Source: Naegleria gruberi (Eukaryota). From it: a stretch of 64,000 bases of DNA. The position numbers were made by a program, and so were the translations under genes. The number at the start of each line of letters is the position of its first letter. Position 1 is the first letter of the stretch. A model generated the notes under the pieces. That model did no database searches, was not told the DNA's origin, and worked only from the letters and a program-made list of their open reading frames with translations. The stretch lies in assembly GCA_000004985.1 (NCBI GenBank), contig GG738867.1. One strand, 5' to 3'. Shown piece by piece: positions 43,855-54,075 of the stretch.

Positions 43855-45720
43855 TTAGTGCTTGTCTTCTTTGTGAAACATTGATAGATAGTCTTTGTAC
43901 CATGATCTATGTGGATACTTTTTTCTATTGTCTTCTACTTGTTTCTGATATGAATATTCATCGGTCAATTCATTTTCACCAATTGGTCTCGTTCCATTAG
44001 CTGTTTTTTCTTTCAAAACTTTCAAAATTGTTTCCTCCATACTGAGACATCTCTTTTTCCATGTTGGATTTGCGACTAACTTATCGAGCCAATCTGGTAA
44101 GTGAACATCAGAGTAAATAATGTGTCCAAACCTTGTTGAATTCTTACCAACTCTGTACATGAAATAGACAAAGAAAATATCAACCATCACTCTTTCTTTT
44201 GGAACTGGATGGAAGGCTAGTGGTGCAGTATGTCCCACATTAATATATCCTTCCAGAACTTCATCAAATACTGTGCTTTGAGTGTGTGGAAATTGTCGTT
44301 TCTTAAACGTTGGTCCAAGATTCAAACAAGTGGTACAATATCTGACCACCAGAGGATTGGTGAGTTTAGATTCGTCATCATCCTCATCTGCTGTAAAGTA
44401 AGCAAGAGCTGATTGTGAGGCCTTGGGGTTTCCAAGAGTTCCAGGCTCATGATAACCAAGTGTTTCAATGCCAGTAACTTCTGTTCCTTTGAGGTCGTAG
44501 GCCTGAACATGCTTAAATACTTTCCAAACATCTTCAACTGGATATGGTAACAAGGTAACAATTTTGAAGAGTTTCAAACCATTCTTTCTGCCACTATCGA
44601 ACACATAGGAAGTTTTCGAATGAAACATCTGAGCTTTTGATGAAGATTTGGAATTTTTCATAGCTTGCCAATCAGGAGAATCTTCTAACAAACTCAATCC
44701 AAAATAAATGTCTCTATCGTAAATATAATTCTTTGTCAAATCTTTAGGTTTGTATCGAATATCCACATTGAATCCTCTTGAAATATCAACTGCAATACGT
44801 CTTGTAAATGCTTCACCTTGTAAATTGAGAAATTCAAACAATTCTTTCGATCTGTTAAATCTTGGAAATTGATCAATCTTTAAATCCAAGTTGACTGAAA
44901 AGATAATCTTTTCGAATAACACATCAGGATTCAACATTTCAAACAAATCAGTAAGTGATTTCATAGTTGATTGACTCATTTCAGATTCAATACTCGATTC
45001 ACTCAACTCTGATTGTGACCTTTCTAATAGTTTAGTTTCCATAGTTTCACTTCCTTTCTTCCCTTGTTTCTCTTGTTTTTGAAGGTGACCTTGCATGAGT
45101 GGAACAATTTCTTGATCCCAAATCTGCACCACATTTGAACTTGGTAAATTCAACTCTCTCTCACTTCCTGGTCTAATATACAAATCAATCAATGCACCAA
45201 CCGAATCGAATAGAATTTTACATGCTTTCAAACTCACATCCTGTTGTGAACTACTATTACTAGTACTCGTTGTTGCCCTATACTTGGCATACTCTTTCGA
45301 ATACTTTCCATAATCATTCAGAAACAACATTGGCTCCTGTGTACATGCCTTCTTTAAGTAATTTGAGAAAACTTCTCTTGCCTCCAAATTTGCCATCAAT
45401 TCATCGTAGAGAGCCATGTAGTGGGTGGCATCGAATTTCTTCTTTTTCTTTTCCTTGTAGATGATTTCTCCCTTTTCATTCTTTTTATTGTGATGATCTG
45501 CTGTTGTTGTTGTTGTTGATGACGATGCATGTTGTGGTTGATGGTGTTGGTGGGAATGGCTATTCGAAAGTGATGTATTGTTATTGGAATCTTGTGCGGA
45601 GGTGTTAGCTGTACTATTCGTTGGTTCGTTAGTGATAGTTGTACTATTTATTGAAGAGGATTCAATTAGTATTGGTGATGAGCTGAGAGGTTGCATTTCG
45701 GATTGCGTGGACGAAATCAT
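43855..45720 (-). CDS. RGS-domain protein with C-terminal START-like lipid-binding domain (tentative)
   Basis: After an S/T/N/H-rich N-terminus there is an RGS-like helix bundle (…YMALYDELMANLEAREVFSNYLKKACTQEPMLFLNDYGKYSKEYAKY…). The C-terminal ~220 aa have an alpha/beta pattern compatible with a START/Bet v1 fold. Confidence 0.45.
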   Translation of the reverse strand: MISSTQSEMQPLSSSPILIESSSINSTTITNEPTNSTANTSAQDSNNNTSLSNSHSHQHHQPQHASSSTTTTTADHHNKKNEKGEIIYKEKKKKKFDATHYMALYDELMANLEAREVFSNYLKKACTQEPMLFLNDYGKYSKEYAKYRATTSTSNSSSQQDVSLKACKILFDSVGALIDLYIRPGSERELNLPSSNVVQIWDQEIVPLMQGHLQKQEKQGKKGSETMETKLLERSQSELSESSIESEMSQSTMKSLTDLFEMLNPDVLFEKIIFSVNLDLKIDQFPRFNRSKELFEFLNLQGEAFTRRIAVDISRGFNVDIRYKPKDLTKNYIYDRDIYFGLSLLEDSPDWQAMKNSKSSSKAQMFHSKTSYVFDSGRKNGLKLFKIVTLLPYPVEDVWKVFKHVQAYDLKGTEVTGIETLGYHEPGTLGNPKASQSALAYFTADEDDDESKLTNPLVVRYCTTCLNLGPTFKKRQFPHTQSTVFDEVLEGYINVGHTAPLAFHPVPKERVMVDIFFVYFMYRVGKNSTRFGHIIYSDVHLPDWLDKLVANPTWKKRCLSMEETILKVLKEKTANGTRPIGENELTDEYSYQKQVEDNRKKYPHRSWYKDYLSMFHKEDKH

Positions 45721-45874
45721 GATGTTTATTTTTTTTTGATGTCTGTTTCTCCACGCAAGGAGTACGAGACGGTAAACATTCTTGCCTTATCGGGTGCCAT
45801 CCAATAATTTGAAATTCCATTTCATCAAAGTTCAATTACAATAAATTCTAGGTGTTTTTGATTAAGCAATGTAA

Positions 45875-45947
45875 GGGGATGTAGCTCACATGGTAGAGCG
45901 CTTCTTTAGCATGGAAGAGGTACGGGGATCGATACCCCGCATCTCCA
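45875..45947 (+). tRNA. tRNA-Ala (anticodon AGC)
   Basis: The sequence is GGGGATGTAGCTCACATGGTAGAGCGCTTCTTTAGCATGGAAGAGGTACGGGGATCGATACCCCGCATCTCCA. The G3:U70 Ala identity pair is present. The anticodon loop is TTAGCAT and the discriminator is A. A TTTT run lies about 7 nt downstream. ORF 45890..46078 is spurious. Confidence 0.85.
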
Positions 45948-45959
45948 AGACTGTTTTAT

Positions 45960-47603
45960 TTACATGTACAAATTTTGGTATTCATATTCCATCCTTAATG
46001 GAACAAGTTGTGCAATTATTTGACTATCAGGTAAGAAGAATCCATTTTGCTTCACAGCTTCAATTTCAATTTCATTAGAAACCATTCCAAAATTGCTGAT
46101 GCAATACTTCAAAACAAGTCCGTTCCATTTAACAGCCTGAAGAATGAAATTTTGGTCGTATTGTAGATTAGTGCATTTTATGGATTCAGGATCCAATAAA
46201 ATACATTCCAATATAAATTCCTTATCCATTTTCAGTGTATCAGATGATAATGCCAAATTAGAACTGGATTGTTTAACTGCTTCTCTCGTAATTTCCTTAT
46301 CATTTTTGAATTCTTCCAAAAGGAAGGGATATTGTGAAGCGTCTTTCTTGATCATCTTCAAAATAAGTTCCCTATCATTTGATATGAATGGTAAGTTGCT
46401 CAATAGACGATAGCATCGAGGAGAATGAACGACCAGAGAGGTAGCAATGGGTGGATCTTGTATCATACCATGAGGTAAATAGATATCTAGAGTTTCGAGA
46501 GCTGATGGTGACATGCACTCAATACATCCCAATATAAAATCCTTATCATTGATTAATGATTCATCAACAAATTTCATTGAAGAGGATGATGAACAAACTG
46601 CCATAACCTTTAGCATGAGGTCTTTGTTTTTTCTCAATGTATGAGGAAGTTCGTTAAGGGCACAACAATTATGCCTTGCATAGTCAACCACTATATCCAG
46701 ATAATTTTTTTGGTAATTGTAGTTTCCAATAGATTTCGCCTGATTCAGAAACTCTTCATCCTTCAATAATTTTCCAGAAACATAATTCAAAGTTTCAATA
46801 TCTATCTTGACTGCCTCCATGACAATCTGCTTGTCTCTTCTAAATTCTTTTCCAGTAAAAAGCAGCACATGAGGATTAGTATGGATTAAGTGTAATATAA
46901 ACTCCTTTTCATTCTTCAACTGTTCATCGGCATAGAAAAAGGCAATTTCTGACACTTCTTTGACAGCTCTCTCAATAAGCTCCTTATTTTCTCTGTTTTT
47001 TGACAATTGAAAAACAGTATGAAATCCATGTATTTCCTCCCTCAAACAAGTTATGCATGCATCAATGTCTGTTTTCAGCTCATCATTCACTAATGTATTA
47101 TTTGAATAATTTCCTTCAATTGCCTTTTCCTCATAAACTATTACACCATTATTGTCATTGCAATATTCATCATCGTATTCTTGAGATTCCTTCCAACTCT
47201 CATAAGGCATATAAATAAAAGGAATATCGCAGTAATTGGCATAGTCAAGTAAATTAGAATTCTCCTCTATTATTTTCAATATAAAATCCCAATCTGTTTT
47301 CAACTCCATAGACATGTGATTTAAGGCATCGAAACAATCATCATTCTTCACAATAACATCTGTGATGAACTGTTTATCGGAACGTATTTCAATAGAGGCA
47401 TATTCAAAGGTATCGGGATAGGCTTCAATGTTTCTCTTCACATACTCTCTATCATTGCTAAATTCTATCGGAATGTAAACACTGTGTAATGTTAATCGAT
47501 TATTAAACCATTTAACCGTTGAATGAGAGGTTGAGTGAAATTTATAGCTGAGAAGTGATGAATTTGCCGATAAATCTAAAGTGATAATAACTTGTGACGA
47601 CAT
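45960..47603 (-). CDS. DUF4116-repeat protein (tandem ~35 aa repeats of the type DKEFILxAVKQNGxALKY)
   Basis: The repeats are seen in the translation (…DKEFILECILLDPESIKC…, …QNFILQAVKWNGLVLKYCISNF…, …EIEIEAVKQNGFFL…). The ORF-track start at 47636 is a TTG, so the first ATG at 47603 is used. Confidence 0.55.
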   Translation of the reverse strand: MSSQVIITLDLSANSSLLSYKFHSTSHSTVKWFNNRLTLHSVYIPIEFSNDREYVKRNIEAYPDTFEYASIEIRSDKQFITDVIVKNDDCFDALNHMSMELKTDWDFILKIIEENSNLLDYANYCDIPFIYMPYESWKESQEYDDEYCNDNNGVIVYEEKAIEGNYSNNTLVNDELKTDIDACITCLREEIHGFHTVFQLSKNRENKELIERAVKEVSEIAFFYADEQLKNEKEFILHLIHTNPHVLLFTGKEFRRDKQIVMEAVKIDIETLNYVSGKLLKDEEFLNQAKSIGNYNYQKNYLDIVVDYARHNCCALNELPHTLRKNKDLMLKVMAVCSSSSSMKFVDESLINDKDFILGCIECMSPSALETLDIYLPHGMIQDPPIATSLVVHSPRCYRLLSNLPFISNDRELILKMIKKDASQYPFLLEEFKNDKEITREAVKQSSSNLALSSDTLKMDKEFILECILLDPESIKCTNLQYDQNFILQAVKWNGLVLKYCISNFGMVSNEIEIEAVKQNGFFLPDSQIIAQLVPLRMEYEYQNLYM

Positions 47604-47694
47604 TTTTTTCCTGATTATGAACTTTAAACTTTGCAAAACATTAGGAACTTAATAGCATTTGAAACATCAATTTAGAAAATTCAGTTACAAAAAA

Positions 47695-49275
47695 ATGACT
47701 TTACTTCAAGACCTTGACAAGGATTCATGGTTGATCATTATGCAATTCTTGAGTTTGGATGATTTATTAAAAAACAAAGATGGCAAACTATTCAGTATTT
47801 CCTCAAGTGTTTTTTTCACACTCATCGGATGTGATATTAAACAATTCACTTGCTCCGATAATTATCATATTCATGATGACTGTTTATTTTACCGAATATT
47901 AAATGAAAAATTAATTGTAAAACAATTAGAAAATACCATTCATAGAATAACTGGTAGAGAAATGGTAATGCAAATGATTGGAGATTTTGATGAAGAAACA
48001 CATTCACATACACCACTAACGAGAGGCAGTGGAAGAGGAAGAATTAGAAAACAGTTTTTCACAAGAAGTCGTGTAAATATTGAGCCATGTGGAGTTTCAA
48101 TGAGTGAATTGAGAGGTGAATTGAAAAAATTGATTCTGATATTATTCACACAATTTCCACATATTTATCAAGAAAAGAAATTACAAATTGATAATGCATT
48201 GAGAAGATCAATCAAGATTTGTACTCCAGTTAAACCTGCAACCTCCGACGATTTTATTTATTTCGAAAATGCAGAAGCTTTTTCAAACAAACCACCATTT
48301 TGGAGCAGTGAAAAGAGAGAGGAATCAATTAATATAGAACTGAAGAAGCCAAAAGTGAAACTTATCCAATGGAGAACTCAGTGGCATCATTCGTATAGAA
48401 ATTATCTTCTCCATGAATTGGAGTATCATGTAACATATTTACAAACACTTTACAAACAGATGGATTCTAGAATTGATTTTAAATTGAACCCAACCAAATA
48501 TGCAAATGTTTTAGATTCAGTTTATGATTTACTTTCACAACTAAATGAAGAATTTCAAGTTAAATTCCTCACAGAGAGAAACTTTTTCATTCCACAAAAG
48601 AAAAAAAGATTTGGAAAGATTAGAACAGTTTTAGAGATAGACAGATCTAAATTGAAACCTATAGATTTCATATCAAATTCAACAATTGCATTGATTAGAA
48701 TCCATAGCTTGTACGATTACAAATATGAAACAAATCCAAATTCCACAAATTTAATATTGAACCAAATTGATAGAAATATGAAAATGTATTCTAAATATTT
48801 CAATGACAATTTGATTAGAGAGATTACACCTGGAAAGACAATTTATAATTACTTATTGAACTTGGGACTTGATTTGGTTGAGAAATATATCACACCAAAT
48901 ATATTCGAATTAATTGGAAAATCGTCTGAACCATTGCAATCATCATTTGTTGTTTCTCTAATAAGATCCAACCATTTCACCCGCTTTGAATTATTGAATT
49001 CATTTTCACTTTCTTTGTATCCGAGCATGTACAAATCATTTGCCGAAATTCTGTTTACTCTTCCAACAATTCTGGATTTTAATGCCCATACAAGTAATTT
49101 TCCCTTCCAGCAATGGTTAGAATTCTTCATTAATTATTTTGGAAAAAATGAATTTATGAAGGCAACTACATCTTTTAGAGAATGCTCCTTCTACATTGCT
49201 CGTCTTCCAGAACGTCATGCAAACTTGGTACACAATTTATTAGGAAAAGAAATTACTGAACTTATAAACAAGTAG
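47695..49275 (+). CDS. F-box-like N-terminal domain protein, unknown function
   Basis: MTLLQDLDKDSWLIIMQFLSLDDLLKNKDG is F-box-like. The ORF-track start at 47659 is a TTG; the ATG at 47695 is in caaaaaaATG context. Confidence 0.45.
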   Translation: MTLLQDLDKDSWLIIMQFLSLDDLLKNKDGKLFSISSSVFFTLIGCDIKQFTCSDNYHIHDDCLFYRILNEKLIVKQLENTIHRITGREMVMQMIGDFDEETHSHTPLTRGSGRGRIRKQFFTRSRVNIEPCGVSMSELRGELKKLILILFTQFPHIYQEKKLQIDNALRRSIKICTPVKPATSDDFIYFENAEAFSNKPPFWSSEKREESINIELKKPKVKLIQWRTQWHHSYRNYLLHELEYHVTYLQTLYKQMDSRIDFKLNPTKYANVLDSVYDLLSQLNEEFQVKFLTERNFFIPQKKKRFGKIRTVLEIDRSKLKPIDFISNSTIALIRIHSLYDYKYETNPNSTNLILNQIDRNMKMYSKYFNDNLIREITPGKTIYNYLLNLGLDLVEKYITPNIFELIGKSSEPLQSSFVVSLIRSNHFTRFELLNSFSLSLYPSMYKSFAEILFTLPTILDFNAHTSNFPFQQWLEFFINYFGKNEFMKATTSFRECSFYIARLPERHANLVHNLLGKEITELINK

Positions 49276-49299
49276 TAATAATATTATTTGATCAAGAAA

Positions 49300-51300
49300 T
49301 TAATATTGAACATATATTGGAGTATTAATTACTGGAGAGGATTGAACACTTTGAGTATTAATGTTTTGAGAAGTTGAAAAAATTGTTGATTTCTTTGGTT
49401 TGGCTGATGTGTGCTTTTTTGGTTGCTTTGATACTGGTTTTACAGTTGAAGTTGGAACGCAACGATGGACTGGCTTAGTTCCTCTTGGCTTTGGAGTTCT
49501 AACAGAGAGTAAATCAGAAGTTACTACATGTTTAACTGTTGGCTTTGGAGTTAAAGCAGGTATAACAGTTGGTTTTACAGAAACTGACTCAGATGGCTTT
49601 GTTGGATTGGTGGTAAGAACATTTTGGGAAGGTCTATTTCTTGGTCCATTGACTGGTTCTGAAATTGATTCAACTGTTGGCTTGATATATGAAATAACTG
49701 GTTTAACTGTTGACTTCGGAACTGTTGGAGTTGCTGTTGGCTTTGGAACTGAGCTACTATTTGGTTTTGGGTTTTACGCTAACTGGTTTAGTTGGTGTTG
49801 AATCAGGTTTAATTGAGTCAATGGTTTGCCCTCTGTTGGTTTAGAAACAGATTTAGGAGTCTTGATATCTGGAATAACTGGCTTATTGGTTGGTTTACCT
49901 GTTGGCTTTGAGGTTGCAGGTTTAATTGTTGGTTTTACAGAAGCTGACACAGATGGCTTGGTAACTACTGGTTTAACTTCAACAGGCTTTGGAGATTGGT
50001 TTAACTGTTGGCTTAACAACTACTGGTTTGACTGTTCCTCTTGGCTTTACATCTGTTTGTTTGATTGGATTTGCAGAGGAAACTGATGATACTGGCTTTG
50101 GGGTTGATACTGGTTTAACTTCAACAGGCTTTGGCTTTGAGATTGGCTTGACTGATGTGGGAGTGGAATCAGGTTTAGTTGTTGGCTTAACTGGTTTAGT
50201 TGACACAGGGTTGGTTGGGGCAGTTGTTGGTTTAGTAGAAGTTGGTTTTACAAAGCCATAAGATTTTGTTGGCTTTGTAACAAGTGTGAAATCTGCTGGG
50301 TTAGCCGATACACCATCTGTTGGTTTGACTGTTGGCTTAATAGATACTGGTTTCGTTGGTTTCATTGTTGGCTTAGTACCTGGTTTTTCAACTACAGTTG
50401 GTCTTTCACTATTGAGTAATTGAGTTGGCTTGTGTGCCGTTGGTTTTGGTGTTGGAACTGAGCTACTATTTGGTCTAGTAACAATTACTGGTTTAACTGG
50501 TTTTGGAGTTGCAGAATGTCTAACAGAGAGCAAATCAGAAGGCTTACTTGTTGGTTTAACTGTTGGCTTTGGAACTGTTGGAGTTGCTACAGGGTTAACT
50601 GTTGGTTTTACAGAAACTAACTCAGATAGCTTGGTAACAACTACTGGTTTAACTTCAACAGGTTTGGAGATTGGTTTAACTGTTGGCTTAACAACTGGTT
50701 TGACTGTTCCTCTTGGCTTTACAATGGAAACTGATGATACTGGTTTTGGAGTGGAAGCTGGTGGTTTTCCAACAGTTGGTTTAGTTGGTTTTACGCTAAC
50801 TGGTTTAGTTGGTGTTGAATCAGGTTTAATTGAAGTCAACTCTGTTGGTTTAGAAACAGATTTAGGAGTCTTGATATCTGGAATAACTGGCTTAACTCCG
50901 TTATTGGTTGGTTTAACTGTTGGCTTTGGTGTTGCAGGTTTAATTGTTGGTTTTACAGAAACTGACTCAGATGGCTTGGTAATAACTACTGGTTTGACTT
51001 CAACAGGCTTTGAGATTGGTTTAACTGTTGGCTTTGGAGTTGATACTTGTTTAACCTCAACAGGTTTTGGGCTAGAGGTGAAAGTAGCAACACTGACCGG
51101 TTTAGTTGTTGGCTTAACCGGTACAGGTTTTGTTAGTACTGGAGAAGGCTTTACATCTGGAACTACTGTTGGTGATTTAACTGGGTTTGATGGTTTAACT
51201 GTTGGTGTTGGAACAGGTTTAACAGAAACTGACCTGACAGTGAATGAGTTTGGTTTTGTAGTTGGTGATGAATTTGCTTTTGGTGGTTCAATCTTAACAA
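49300..51300 (-). repeat. Mucin-like tandem repeat array (~150-170 nt units), with at least two frame disruptions in its 3' part
   Basis: Repeat units continue after the stop at 49979..49981 in a -1 frame (ORF 49774..50019) and then in a third frame to the stop at about 49300. One inserted G is visible at about 49985 (aaagcctgttgaagtt versus aaacctgttgaagtt in other units). Plus-strand ORFs 49400..51422 are antisense artefacts. Confidence 0.6.
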
Positions 51301-52492
51301 TGGCCTTATTATCAATAATTTTATCCAATGTAGATAGTAACTTATTGGTTGATAAGGTGTTCAAAGCACTGGCAACCTTCTTTTCACTTGCAGGTGTAAC
51401 ATCTTGCTTCTTTGCTTCTTGAACAGCGGCTTTAGAAACAATTTTAACTAAATCCTTCTTATCCATTTGTGAAATGGCTTCCTTGGCAACTTCCTTACTT
51501 GACACCTTTTCCATTTTCTGCAATTTAAGCATACTCTTGGCAAAACTTGAAGCATTATCTGGATTGATCAACGCATCCACGTAACATGACTTGAAATCGT
51601 TTGGATGATCCTTTTCAGAGATACCTGCCTTAGCACACGCTTTGCGAGCTTGTTCTTTTTCCTTTGAAGTTGCTTCTTTAAGTTCAGCATTAACACTTGA
51701 TGATTTGATCAAGGCAACCCTCTTCATTGGTTTGGCAAAGTAACTTTCCTTTGGAACACCCATGGTGGAGCTTACACAATAACCATAGTTGATATCAAGA
51801 GTTGCAGGAGCTTCAAAGGAAATATCGATATAATTACCTTGTTTGTAAACACTCCAACCATTCATATTAATAATTGCTCCAGAACTACTCTTAATTACAA
51901 TATTTGGACCAAATTTAAGAACATTATATGTAACTGAGGCACCCTTAGAAGTCAATGAAATTGTTTTTCCAGAAGGGATAGTTTGTTTTACACCATTAAT
52001 AAGAAAATATTGACCGTTAGCATGATATTCCAAAACTGATTCTTCATCGAGTGTCATTGCAATAGCAATATTACCAGAAACATGTCTTAATTTACCGGTA
52101 CGAGCTTGAGCCATGATGGACTTGTCAGCTGCTTCAGCCAAAACATATTCACCAATTGAATAGTAATCAAATGTTTTGCCTGTAAAAGTTCTCAAGTGAG
52201 GATCTCCTGTTGAATGACATTTCTATACCAATTCAAATAGTTTGATAATAATACATGTAATTGGGTGCCAACAACAAGAACACACATGAAAGATGATATA
52301 ACATGCAGATATAAACAATCTTCAATATTTCATAATACCTACATTAACAACAGCCCTAATGATGGCATTGGCATTGATAACAGCAGTAGGCTTGCTACGG
52401 CGACGAGCTTCAACCTCTGATGTAAGCATCATACTGAGCAATAGAAGCAACAGCAAGGATGCAACCATCAATTGAGAGTACTGTCTCTTCAT
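49979..52492 (-). CDS. Secreted mucin-like protein: signal peptide exon (52492..52343), VWD domain, long Thr/Pro/Lys/Val-rich repeat region; 120 nt intron 52223..52342 (GTAGGT donor)
   Basis: Exon 1 encodes MKRQYSQLMVASLLLLLLLSMMLTSEVEA…AVVN. Exon 2 begins KCHSTGDPHLRTFTGKTFDYYSIGEYVLAEA, which is the VWD hallmark GDPH…TFDG…Y. The repeats are KPVEVKPVV(T)TKPSESVSVKPTIKPATPKPTVKPT. The frame breaks at about 49980 and the repeats continue in other frames down to about 49300. Confidence 0.65.
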
Positions 52493-52793
52493 CGTTATTT
52501 TTTTAATAGATGAATTAAAGCGAAGCTGTAGTAACTCGCTAAATTTCAGCGCATGTGGAGCTATCTTATCCAGTACGCAAGGATTGTATTGTACGTGCAT
52601 TACCATTCTAATAAGACACAATGCTGTTCACAATACGACACTGTTTAAGGATTTTACAGCAAGATATTCCACAACAATTTTCCTTCCCTTAAACATTGAT
52701 AAAAATTGCTGAAAGTTCAGTTTGAATTTATAAGACATCATAAAATACACAAAAACAAGATCTTGTTGAAAATCTTAAAATCAAAAGTTCAGA

Positions 52794-52874
52794 CGCAGAC
52801 TGCAGGATTCGAACCTACGAAGGTTTCCCCAACAGATTTCAAGTCTGTCGCCTTAACCACTCGGCCAAGTCTGC
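52794..52874 (-). tRNA. tRNA-Ser (anticodon TGA), long variable arm
   Basis: The minus-strand sequence is GCAGACTTGGCCGAGTGGTTAAGGCGACAGACTTGAAATCTGTTGGGGAAACCTTCGTAGGTTCGAATCCTGCAGTCTGCG. The acceptor stem is perfect, the anticodon loop is CTTGAAA and the discriminator is G. An oligo-T run lies about 8 nt downstream on the minus strand. ORF 52706..52897 is spurious. Confidence 0.85.
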
Positions 52875-54075
52875 TACGATTATTACAAAATCAATAGTTT
52901 CTAGCTCGGTATCTCAAATTGCTCTGTTCCACCTAGGTTCAACAAGTTTACTATATAATCTATATAATCGTGTGCACCTTTCATTTTGCTACCAATCCAA
53001 AGATGGATGCAGGCAATCAAAGCAGACTATTCCACCATTCTTTGAAAACAGCAAAATTCAAAATCTAAAGAATCTTCCTTAATTAATAAATACAATAAAT
53101 TATTAAAACAAGATGTTGTATAGCTTCTACACTTTGAAAGAAGAAGATCCAATAAGTAAGAATTGTTATATTGTTCTTAAAGAAGGCGTATTAACATTGC
53201 TACTGGTTCAACCTTGCTAAAACCACAATATATTAATATTTTCCAAGGCACTTCCGAGTTTACTAATACATCACTCATATCCAGTTATTTCCAAACAGTT
53301 CTTGTCCAGGGATTTTACGTTGTTATTGATCGTCACTGTGAAACACGTAATTGCTGATTGCGATCTGCCCTTTTCTACCCGTTTTCTTGCTTGCGAAAGA
53401 GTTTGAGAAAACAATTTTTGAACTCTGAAAGCACTTCAGAGCAATACTTAATAGAAATATTCAAAATACGATAACTAATTGTAATGAGAGTTTCAGAAAT
53501 TGAAAATCCGAAACAATACAAAGATAAAGAAGAATAACTCACTTTCTGAATCAAATCAAGTGCCAAGCTTGATATCCAAAATAATCCATTTTGTTAAGTT
53601 TGACCTTCTTGGCAAAGATCAATAAACCAGCTACTACCTCCAAGCATGATTACAAGAACTCTACACTAATAATAGCTTATAATCATCTACAGTTGTTCTT
53701 CCATCTCAGATACTTGGTTCTAAAACAACATGACATGAAATTCTCATCAACTACAGTCTGTCATCTTTGTAATCAATAGCAACAGTTCATTTTATCTTCC
53801 ACGTTTAGAACCACCATGCCATTTAACGAAAATACGAAACAGTTTTTTATTCCTTTCAGTAATGGCCTTATTTTGATTGTTATCCAAGCTTGATAGGTTG
53901 TTGCCAAAAACGCTTCGGTTATTAACATCCAAAATCTCACAGAACCTCCCAAATGGCAAAAGTTACCTCTACATGGATGTTTTCAACTTCACATTTTACC
54001 GTCAATCAAAGATATTTCACACTCGCTCATCCACTACGAGGTCACAAAAATTTATCAGAAAAAACAAAAACAAAT

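Noticed and set aside
45890-46078. 62 aa ORF overlapping tRNA-Ala
   Set aside because: It starts inside the tRNA gene and reads across the Pol III terminator. It has no coding features.
49400-51422. Long plus-strand ORFs (49400..49801, 49826..50086, 49989..50261, 50430..51422) encoding G/T/V/L-rich 'GLTVGFGT' repeats
   Set aside because: They are antisense to the mucin-like repeat array. Only the minus strand gives a signal peptide, a VWD domain and sensible Thr/Pro/Lys repeats. The plus-strand ORFs stay open through repeat composition.
52706-52897. 63 aa ORF overlapping tRNA-Ser(TGA)
   Set aside because: It is antisense to the tRNA, so it is an artefact.
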